Under the pieces are notes generated by a model, which was not told the origin of the DNA, searched no databases, and worked only from the letters and a program-made list of their open reading frames with translations. This document shows, piece by piece, positions 53,719 through 64,000 of a stretch of DNA of 64,000 nt. This DNA comes from Botryllus schlosseri (taxonomy: Eukaryota), in assembly GCA_051294905.1 (NCBI GenBank), contig CM119371.1:6760001-6824000 (forward strand), given 5' to 3'. The translations under genes and the position numbers were made by a program. Each line of letters opens with the position of its first letter. The stretch's first letter is position 1.

Positions 53719-55476
53719 TCACACTACATCAATATCGAAATACACTTACATGTAGACAGCGAATGATGCTTATTCAAACGAGAATTAATATTGTTGTCTG
53801 ATTTTATTAATCTAGTAGGCATATGGGGTCAGGGTCAATATTGACTTCATGTATATATTGTATCATAAAAACCAAATCTGTGCAATTGGGGAGTTGGCTA
53901 CTGCTGTATAGGTTACCTTGTTAATGAGGTAATATCGGTAGCAAGTATAGAAACCCGTTATACACTCTGCACTATATCAACGTAACAGTACTAGACGCCG
54001 AATGCATTGTCCGGTCTGGCCTAGACCGTTAAGGCGCCGCAAGCTTATATCCCCTTGCAAGCCCTCGTCGAAATTGTTGGCAAAGCGACGGAAGATATTG
54101 ATTTTATGGGATTATTATATCATCTGATTGCCGCAGTTGATACATTTGGCGACGTTCAAAACGTCCGCATTGTGGCATTATGTGGCCCGAGTCGTCGCTA
54201 GGCATCGTGCACACTGCACATTAATATAGGATATCACTTCACTGAAATGTAGGGTTGGAATTGGCAATATGACGTCACGTGACGTCATGAGGTTCACGTT
54301 CGCGTTCACACAGAACCTTTCAAAAAGGTTCGCGTTCACACGAACCTGAACCTTTCAGAGGTTCACACCATCCCTACTATATAGTCTACATTACATTACG
54401 TATAGCCTACGTACATCGCATGCATATACTCCAGATTCAAACTAAAGCCAATATAAAAAGGTATGCCGTAACAAATAAAGTCGCAACTCACTCTTTCTAT
54501 AGTTCAAACCATGTTTTTTTTAATTTCCATTGTTACATTCAGAATTATACGCCGCGTGCTTTATATTTCGCGTCGTGCGAGAATTTCATGAAAACAGAAG
54601 TGGAGGCTGAAGACCGACATTTTGCAGAGATTTGTGCCTCGACATCTTCCTGTCTATTCATTGTATCGCATTTTTTGTGGTGTATTGAACTGATAAAATT
54701 GCAAATAAACCAATGATGATAAATATTGTAGCCTACTCAAGTATAAACGCATTCTTTTAGTTTGTGGGAGCAAGTTGCCGTGGTTAAGGCATATAAGTTG
54801 AGTCGGCATTATGAGAAAAACTGCTAGTGAAATACAGACACTCGGGTGAGGTTTAGAGAGAGTGCGAATTTCGGACGACTTAGCAAACCAGGCTTATTTT
54901 ACCAAACTGCACACACGTCGGAATGCAGCGACCACGACCAAGAATAATGACACTGAATATATAGTATTTTTTGTAAAATAACCTCACTTTATTACCTAAT
55001 ATTCAACGTTTGATTCAACAAAGTATTTTCTGCATCACATTTGACCCCTCGTGAGAAATAATTTCACACCCCAGCTCCGACTGGAAGTAATTTTGTGCTA
55101 AAGAACTATCCAATACCGATTCCTGGGTGGTTTCATTGTGATATTTGAAGACGTGTCAGACTTCTAAGTAAAATATTGAAAGTAAGCTACTATTCCTATG
55201 GACGCGTAAGCCTAAAATAATAAGTATTTAGACCAAAAATATTGACGAGCTTTTTGTAGGCAGAGACGAGACGACAGATTTCGCATACTCGGAAAGGGTC
55301 GTTTACTCTTTCATTTATCAAAATACACCAGCCAACGCTGTGTCAACAAAACGAGTTCGCGTATCATCTAAAAATAGTACATTGAACGCTCTCGTAGTAT
55401 TCGACATTCCATGCTGTTGACGTCATATTTTGTGATACGATTGTTGATATACGATGCTCATGTGAATTCTCTACTA

Positions 55477-55665
55477 GTTGATGACGATTATTACCCCTGA
55501 CGAGTTTCGGCCGAAAATATTCGGGTACATTTCAATATGGCTATGCTAATCAATTGTACATTGATGTTCTGTACCTCCAAGGAGCTGTACAATCGAATAA
55601 TATATTCATATTGAAATATACCCGAATATTTCAGCTGACACTGGTCAGGGGTAATCGTCAACAAC
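55477..55665. repeat. Imperfect hairpin / small MITE
   Basis: Arms ttacccctga..gaaaatattcgggtacatttcaatatg vs catattgaaatatacccgaatatttc..tcaggggtaa. A partial related copy lies at ~55944-56000. Confidence 0.75.
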
Positions 55666-56500
55666 TTTTCCAGATTAGAATAGAATTAGATTACTGGCAT
55701 TTCGCTCTAATTTAATGAAATCAGACAACTATAATTATCTAGTTGTCCAAGTCTGGTTCACACTTTCATTTGTCGATCCTGGAGTCGACTTCTATCAACA
55801 TCCGCCAATCGGATTTGTCCCTACAGAAGGTGTTCGTGCATAATCTAAGAATAGTAGCCCCGGTCATTCGGAATTGCAGGCCGGTGACGTCATATTTGTT
55901 GATGCGTGTGTTGGTATACAATGTCCTTTCCAATCCTCTGCCAGTTGTTAACGATTACCATTCGGGTATATTTCGATATAAATATGCTCTTCAATTGTAC
56001 ACAAATATCGGTCTCATATTTTGAATAAGCCAGGACTATGTAGACTCTGAAAATCATTTTGTAATGAAGAATAATCCAATACCGTTTGTGTGATAATTTT
56101 ATGATTTATTAAAATAGCGAATAACGAGGAAATAACGCTGCATCAAATCTGTCTTCAAATTCAGTTTTCCAATAAATTAGTCGTGATTAGTCAAAAATTC
56201 CTCCCGAGAAGTCGACATTTCCGACCACTTGATACGCCAGGGGTTAATATTGACTATTCGTTCACCATAATGTTTCACGTGATCATTCGCCATGTTTCAC
56301 CTCAGTGCAAACATTCCGCCGAAATTCCGCCAGGACCACTTCAGTCTGATTACTGCTATCATCGTAGCATGATTTTCATATAAACGGAAATGAAAAATGA
56401 TTCACCATGAACATGAAAATACAAAATGTTATAAATCTATAGAATAGTAGGACTATTATAAGTAGTTTCTCGACTAAGATATAGCTTAATAAACTAGCAC

Positions 56501-58389
56501 CAGGGCCGTAACAGCACTTCGTCAGGCCCCCCCCAAAACTTTGGTTTTGGGCCCCCTTTGGTTTTGGGCCCCCCATAGGGTTATAGACCGAACGTCTGGG
56601 GGGCTTCGCCCCCCAGACCCCCCTCCGCCGATACGCTGTTTACCGCTATTCATCATAGTCATTGGGAGTATATTTAGTGAATCAGCTTTTGTCGCCTAAG
56701 CGCGCCATGCGCGCAAAATTTCTAGAATTCATGATTTCATCGGTCAGTATGATCGGGAATTGCATACATTGTTATCAATTTTTATCCTCTCTTTGGTCAC
56801 GTAATCAGATTTGCCGGTAGAGCTGAGTGAGGTGTGTTTGTAAAGGTAGGGCCACTCAATAATAATTGAACATCTTCGGGCGTATATATACCCGTTGGCA
56901 GGAACAAAACAGCACCCCCATAGGGTGATAAAACGACCCCCCCCCATCACGTTGTTCGCGTTTGTCACGAAATTAACCGTACTTTATTGTGAGCCAGCGC
57001 GAAGCGCGAAAATTTTCGATAATTTATGATAAAATCGGTCAATCAGATCGACGACTGCATATATAATATGCTATCAACTTATTGTCCTCTCTACTCACGT
57101 AATCAGATTTGTCGGTAGTGCTGAGTGAGGTGTGTTTGAAAAGGTAGGACCACTCAATAATAATTAAACAACTTCGGGCGTATACCCGTTGGCAGGAACA
57201 AAACAGCACCTCGTCAGGCCCCCAAAAACGTGGGTCTTGGGCTCCCATAGGGTGATAAAACGACCCCCCCCCATCACGTTGTTCGCGTTTGTCACGAAAT
57301 TACCCGTACTGTATTGTGAGCCAGCGCCAAGCGCGAAAATTTTCGACAATTTATGATAAAATCGGTCAATCAGATCGGCGACTGCATATATAATATGCTA
57401 TCAATTCATTGTCCTCTCTACTCACGTAATCAGATTTGCCGGTAGTGCTGAGTGAGGTGTGTTTGAAAAGGTAGGACCACTCAATAATAATTAAACATCT
57501 TCGGGCGTATACCCGTTGGCAGGAACGATACAGCACCTCGTCAGGCCCCCCAAAACGTGGGTCTTTGGCTCCCATAGGGTGATAAAACAACAACCCCGCC
57601 ATCACGTTGTTCGCGTTTGTCACGAAACTAGCCGTACTGTATTGTGAGCCAGCGCGAAGCGCGAAAATTTTCGATAATTTATGATAAAATCGGTCAATCA
57701 GATCGGCGACTGCATATATAATATGCTATCAATTTATTGTCCTCTCTATACTCACGTAATTAAATTTACCGGTAGAGCTGAGTGAAGTGTCTTGAAAACG
57801 GGAGGGCCCGTAAATAATGATTAAACATCTTCGGGCGGGCGGAACCGTTGATATGACTTCGTTACATGATGTTATTTCGTGATTTCCAGTCTGCTATATC
57901 AAAAAATATAGAACCGCCCAAACGTAGGCTTCTAAACTAAGAGAAGCACACGATTTCAAATTGGTATTTCTTCACTGGCATAAAAGGAACAATCGGCGCC
58001 TGTCATTTAGGCGCCTATGGACAATTAAACCTATATGTATTTTATATATATAGCGAAGTCTTTGATCTGCATAAGGGCATAGACCTTTTCGGTCAAGCTT
58101 TTCTCGCTGCCAATCGTTCTGGCACACTTCTTGGAGTCGCATGTTATATGGCCTAAAACTGGATTGTATATGTCTTGGTGGGTCGTGGCGCGGTAATGGC
58201 CCAATACCCAATAATAAAGATAACTGGCTACGTGATTTCGCGCGCAGCGCGGAAAAATTTTGAAAATATTGCATAAATTTTCAAAAAATACTCTATGATT
58301 TATGCTAATTCACGAAATAATTTTGGGCCCCCCATCGAGCTCGGGCCCCCCCCAATTGGGGGGTTTGGGGTGCGGCAGTTACGGTGCTG
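56501..58389. mobile_element. hAT-type element with internal 328-bp tandem repeats (~3.5 copies)
   Basis: Ends cagggccgtaac / gttacggtgctg. 8-bp TSD actagcac at 56493-56500 and 58390-58397. Anchor gcgaaaattttcga at 57005/6, 57333 and 57661. Confidence 0.88.
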
Positions 58390-58745
58390 ACTAGCACTGT
58401 CGTTTTAAAGATGATGATTAACAAGTAATGCCTGTTGAAAAATTCACAATATCATAATGAACGTCACGAGTATGAATTGAAGGAAATTCAACTACACGCA
58501 AGGTGAACACTGAACAGTGCGAAGTCAGAGACATCCCTGCCACAATGTAGTTATGAAAACTTCTTCCGTCGATTTGCCTTACGTTTTATCCGTTGTATTG
58601 ACACGAAACCGAAGAGTTATAGCGGTCGATTACCACTACCTCGCGAATGATCGAGTTGATTATCCGTAATCTAAATTGTATTTTGGAACATCGGTAAATA
58701 GTTCTATACTGTGGTATAGTCCAGGGGCGACCGCATGTGTTTTAT

Positions 58746-59336
58746 TATAGAAATTAAACATGGAACGGCAACGACCGATTTTGCAGCTTCGTTCCGCTTC
58801 GCCGAGGCTGGAGTGGAGAATTGTTTTGCGTAAGCGACTGTAGGATTACTGGCAATCCAAAAGCTATCTTCCCGAGCGCAGAAATTATTGAATCTGGTCT
58901 TGATCGAAAGCTACTGTTGCACCGATTCCGAAAATATAAATTAAAATAATGATCAGGCACTGATCCACCTAGAATCCGTCCTCCAAGTCTGAAATACCGG
59001 CATTGTTCGAACAATCGGAGAGTCGCAATGGCTCATTGTTATGGCCATTGTGTTGCGGTTACCCGATTGTTCTGAACAATGCTGATATTTCAGACTTAGA
59101 GGACAGATTCTAGGTGGATCAGTGCCTGATCATTATTTTAATTTATATTTTCGGAATCGGTGCAACAGTAGCTTTCGATCAAGACCAGATTCAGTAATTT
59201 CTGCGCTCGGGAAGATAGCTTTTGGATTGCCAGAAATCCTACAGTCGCTTACGCAAAACAATTCTCCACTCCAGCCTCGGCGATGCGGAACGAAGCTGCA
59301 AAATCGGTCGTTGCCGTTCCATGTTTAATTTCTATA
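58746..59336. mobile_element. 591-bp palindromic MITE, copy B (opposite orientation)
   Basis: Same arms, with the loop reverse-complemented relative to copy A. TSD gttttat / gtttcat. The empty paralogous site has a single gtttcat at 44069-44075. Confidence 0.92.
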
Positions 59337-60067
59337 GTTTCATGCTCAAACCGAATATCACAAAGATTGGCTTTAAAAGAGCAGCAACACGAAAGACCAC
59401 GCTGATTTCACTCCGTGTTTGGAAACGAAATCAGCGAAGCATGTGGCTTGTCAGTGTCATCTAACGGATAATTAGTTTTTACATTTGCACTGTAGCCGTT
59501 ACCAATGATATATATATATATATATAATATTTCTCATTGCAGTTACTGACGGGGTAAACCTTGTGCTATAAGTAACAATTATTCAGTTTATTAATAGTTT
59601 CATCATTTTAAAACACCACAAGACTGCGCCTAGGCGATGTAGAGAAGAGGCATGCACGCTGAATGAAAGTTAAGCAGAGAATATAAAAGGCATGCTAGCC
59701 TTACAAATGCGTACAATCTTTGAAATTATATGCATTTACGATGATGCAGGAGCTATTTAGCGCAGTTTTTACGACTCATAAACGTGTGTCAGATTTATCA
59801 CAAAACTATTTTCTACTTTTCAAAATCCAAAGTGTAGAAAGTATAGGTAGTTGTAGGCCGAAACAACAGTTCAAGTAGTAGTGGAAGTAAAATTTCAAAA
59901 TGTCACCATTAGAGTATGTAGCGCAAATAAGCAAAACGTACTCAAGTACTGCGAATAGGGACGATCTTCAGCAATATATTCAGTTACGAAAAGTGGCTAT
60001 TTAACGGCCTTCTTATGACAATTTCACTCATAAAAATGATCCCAATTTTCCAAAAACTACTTTCTAC

Positions 60068-61120
60068 TTTCCAAAACCCAATGTGTGGAAAGTAGTGTGC
60101 ATATAATCTGTTCAAGTAGTTGCTGTTACTAATGGTATAAAAAGATAGTTACTTCAGTACTCCCTCAAAGTAGTAGTACATCGTTATAGACCCCCTCTGG
60201 CAATATGTCAAAAAGTGGAGAAGATTATATGGAGCCGCGCGGACTCTCTCTCTCTCTCACACTGTAAAATCTGCATTCACTGTGTACCCTTTGTTATTCA
60301 TGCTTGGTTGTCCTAAATCAGGGTCGGGGAACATGCGGCCTGCAGACAGCTTCCCGTCGTAGCCTATACGATAATGTCGCCGTCGTCTACATTCACCCGC
60401 GAGCCATCGTTTACGACCATGAACATTAGCCTAACAAGACAAAGCCTCGTTCCAATCAAACTTATGTTTACGGGCAGTCTCTACAGAGGGTTTGTACGTC
60501 CAACATACAGCCAGATAGTTCAAAGAACTTTCTCGACCACAGATTAATTTTAACATGTACTGAATTACATTACGTTACTGAATTCATTGACAACTGTTTT
60601 TGGTCTCTTTCCAAAACCCAATGTGTGAAAAGTAGTTTGCATATAATCTGTTCAAGTAGTTGCTGTTACTAATGGTATAAAAAGACAGCTACTTCAGTAC
60701 TCCCCAAAAGTAGTAGTACATTGCTATAGACCCCCTCTGGCAATATGTCAAAAAGTGGAAAAGATTATCTGGAGCCGCGTGGACTCTCTCTCTCTCACAC
60801 TGTAAAATCTGCATGCGCTGTGTACCCTTAGTTATTCATTTGTTGTTCATACTTGGTTGTTCTAAATCAGGGGCGGGCAACATGCGGCCTGCAGACAGCT
60901 TCCGGGCGTATACGATAATGTGGCCGTCGTCTACATTCACTCGCGAGCCACCGTTTTCGACCCTGAACATTACAAGACAAAGCCTCGTTCCAATCAAACT
61001 TATGTTTACGTGCAGTCTCTACAGAGGGTTTGTACGTCCAACATGCAGCCAGATAGTTCAAAGAACTTTCTCGACCATGGATTAATTTTGAAAGCTACTG
61101 AATTCATTGACTGCTGTTTT
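60068..61120. repeat. ~540-bp tandem duplication
   Basis: ttccaaaacccaatgtgtg at 60069 and 60609, followed by colinear near-identical sequence. Confidence 0.9.
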
Positions 61121-61279
61121 TGGTCTCCATGCTCTACGCTCAAAGTTTATATTATGTACGATTTGTTCCTTGTATAGGTGGATAAAGACGCGATTGATGT
61201 ATCGATTCCGCAATCCGGCCCGCCAAGTACTTCATTTTTCCATATCCGGCCCGCCGAACGGAGAAGTTGCCCGCCCCCG
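60868..61279. mobile_element. Charlie-like hAT MITE
   Basis: TIR caggggcgggcaac / gttgcccgcccccg. TSD ttctaaat at 60860-60867 and 61280-61287. The interior is homologous to ~7730-8095 and ~60320-60605. Confidence 0.85.
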
Positions 61280-62620
61280 TTCTAAATGTTCACAGCATAA
61301 TAATCAGGTTGACAACTCGCTAGATTCCCAATGTCATGCTTTCAACACAGTTTATTTTTACAAACAGTAGACAAGTAAGAAACCCAACTATACGAGATTC
61401 ATTTCGCAGGAAATTATGAGAACTTACTCTTACGCAGTTGTAAGCAACAGATAGAGACCGTGTTTCGGCTCTGGGAATAGCGAGGGTTAACATATCTGGA
61501 AAAGCAGTGGTTCTAGTCCTTTTTCAAAGCCAAGGCCCAATTTCCATTTTGCAAATATGCCATGACCCACCACTCGGCCTCAGTCATCTTTTAAGCCACT
61601 AAATACGGCAGGTTTAGGCCTAGCAATTCATATTAAATTATAGATTAGAATTAGAGCAAGAAACATTTCAGAAATTAGATTGGAGTCAGATTGCTCTAAT
61701 TAGGCAAATCAGACAATTGAAATTATCCAATTGTTCAAGTCTGTCTGGATCGCATCCGCCTTTTTGGTTAACTGTTTGATTTGGGGGTCCGACTTGGACT
61801 GTTACTTGGGGCGGGGCCTGCAGTGCGCTTCGCCCTGTCACTAGATGTCGAAAAAATGAAGGAGGGGCTGTTCGTAACGAGTTCTCCCTCGACAAATTTG
61901 CAAATTTTGTCGGTGTCCGAGTCCGTTGTCGTGACAACCTGTGATCCAGGGAGGAGGTCTGGGGTTTGAATTTTACGAATTATTCGTTTGAATGAGCCGA
62001 CATATTCGTACTCGCTTTGGAACGTCGCGCAGGACTGGGCCGGTTCACGTCCTCCTCGCTCTGCAAAAACAGAAGGGGGTCAGTCAATACTAGCATTGGA
62101 GTCACGGGATTTTAAGGTATATTTCTGATAGCGATTCCGGGATCAACTCTATTGAAATCCAGGGATTTAAAAAAAGCATCTACGAGACCTGACATCACTT
62201 CCACTTACAGTTTTTTTCCGGCAAAACTAGGCCTAAAATACTTTACTCTTTACTTATTCGGAAATTTCTACTTTTACTTGTACTTGAGTAGAAATTTACG
62301 ACGCTACTTATCCTTCCATTTGAGTACCAACAATGAATACTTTGTTCTTCTGAAACAGAGATGTCGAATGACCTCCAACCCCAACCTTCACCCACCTTTT
62401 TACATCGGGATGGACTGTCTTGTAGGCATCCGAACCAACAGTGGGTCTTGGGAAACTTTCTGTCGGATCATTCCCAGCTAGTGGGCCGACCTTTTATCAA
62501 TTGCGTGGCGAGCCGGAAATCCTTCCCAAGCAAGGGTGACACTGGAATAAAAGGGTGTCAGTTTTTTGGGCAACTCTAAGCAAATTGTGACACTGACTCG
62601 ATTACAATCATAATTGTAAA

Positions 62621-64000
62621 CAGGCGCGTAGCCAGGGGGGGGGTTTCGGGGGTCGGAACCCCCGACTTTTGAAGCGCGAAACCCCTTCCATTTACGCGGA
62701 ACCCCTCTCGATGCATTTCAATATTTCGTCGGTCGGTAGCACTAGCTAATTTGTAGCACGCTCTTGCGCAATGATATGACCGATACATATGATGGCCTTT
62801 TTCTCGCGTCTTCTCTCGTGTGCACAGTAGACGAGAGAGGGCTTTTTTCACGTGCGTGCAAGGGAGACAAGGTCGTTATATCGTATAATGTAATCACAGT
62901 CACAAAGTGTAGCTACAACTCGTCGCGTCGCTTTTCCGAACGCGCGTAATTAGTATTAATAATATCAGATGTATTGCAGTATTCACCTCACTGGCGACGC
63001 GTAATTCATAATTGTCGCGTGGTCCGCGATCTCATCAAATCTAGAACTCTATTAGGTCTATGCTTCAACAATTGGATGCTTAATCTCACGCATTCACCGA
63101 TACACGGCAACGCAACTTTGATCTACAATTTGACGGCTTAATATCAACAAAGAACAAAGAAATAGCAACAGGTTATCTGAAGAACACTGTATTCAAACGG
63201 CATTCTTCAATCTACGCTAACATTTTTTTGCTAAAATCCTTTAACACGGCCAAGCCAGGCTTGCGCGCGGCCAATTGGCCGGGCCTATTGCAGATGCGGT
63301 TCTTCAAGCCAGTAGAACTAGGCTTGTTAGAGACGTGATAAATCAGGCTAGCAACGATTGCATCCAGCACGGCAAAACCAAACGAGAATCGATCTCGCTG
63401 ATATGATTGCGAAATTAAGTCATCGATTGGCGCGCGCTCGGCAATCGTTGCTAGCCTGATTTATCACGTCTCTAACAAGCCTAGTTCTACTGGCTCGAAG
63501 AACCGCATCTGCAATAGGCCCGGTGCGAACTATACCATCGCCTGCACAATCGCATCTGCTTTGCCTGTCCGGCACTATATCATCGTTGGCTTACACAACA
63601 ATCGCATCCGCAATATGCCTGATACCAAAGATATCATCGCTAGCCTAATAACGATCGCGTCTCAGGCCTAGCATGCTTTGGCTCCTATCTCTCGATGGAT
63701 TGTATGCGGATTTGCGATTGTGATTAAAGAATGACATCGCTAAACTGAATGACATGGAATGTCCGCAATCGACCTCAAACATGTACGTGCGACGGTGCGT
63801 ACATACTTGATTGATTTTCGCTAATACTTGAACATAACCATCGGAAGATGTGTGTCAATGCTTGAGTTATAAAAGATGAGAAAGGTTTGAAATTGAACCA
63901 CCTGAAATCGGTGCCATTATAGAACAGATTCCATAACAACTCGGACATTTTGACTTGTGCAAATCGTCGCCGAGGTTACGTAATATGCGTTGATATGCGC
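62621..64000. mobile_element. Left part of a hAT (Tip100-like) insertion that probably runs past the window end
   Basis: Starts caggcgcgtagccagggggggg exactly where homology to unit 1 (10801-10813, tcataattgtaaa) stops. The right end is not seen. Confidence 0.55.
63279..63523. repeat. Near-perfect inverted repeat, 82-bp arms and 81-bp spacer
   Basis: 63279-63360 is the reverse complement of 63442-63523 with one mismatch. Confidence 0.93.

Larger units (their letters stand above)
44142..56345. mobile_element. ~12.2-kb foldback-like element with long imperfect TIRs
   Basis: Perfect 23-bp terminal IR actgaagtggtcctggcggaatt (44142-44164 / 56323-56345). It continues imperfectly for ~240 bp (ttaacccc..gcgtatc..gaaaat.tcgact..aataaatc). 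The octamer ctgattac flanks both ends (44134-44141, 56346-56353). Confidence 0.75.
58390..62620. repeat. Fifth array unit: upstream block only, no KLHL coding sequence
   Basis: Colinear with 43720-44140 and 4745-10815 (gtaatgcctgttgaaa, aactacac, gtttggaaacgaaatcagcgaagcatgtggc, gactcgattacaatcataattgtaaa). No BTB/Kelch sequence lies to its left. Confidence 0.85.

Noticed and set aside
44229..56268. piggyBac element defined by ttaacccc ... ggggttaa
   Set aside because: The inverted homology continues ~80 bp outside the TTAA sites, so they are internal to the larger TIR.
50912..59464. Repeated small ORFs (..YFNLYFRNRCNSSFRSRP..) as a peptide family
   Set aside because: They are by-products of the palindromic MITE arms.

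Overview
This is AT-rich eukaryotic (animal) genomic DNA. An invertebrate such as a tunicate is a guess only. There are no prokaryotic operons, rRNA/tRNA genes or CRISPR arrays. The backbone is a tandem segmental-duplication array of intronless BTB-BACK-Kelch (KLHL-like) genes on the minus strand: two intact copies (22807-24444, 42044-43675), one with a single-base frameshift (3075-4693), one multiply disrupted (32293-33805), and a fifth unit that keeps only the upstream block (from about 58390). The paralogs have near-identical BTB domains but hypervariable Kelch loops. The array carries many nested DNA transposons with readable TSDs, including a decayed 4.6-kb hAT (hATm-like) element and many hAT-type MITEs. 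The most unusual structure is a ~12.2-kb foldback-like element (44142-56345) with long TIRs and an 8-bp TSD. Its left arm has amplified a 203-bp module about 21 times. Its interior carries a PHD-finger gene with MULE/NOF-like features that is split by a 302-bp MITE and reads in frame once the MITE is removed.
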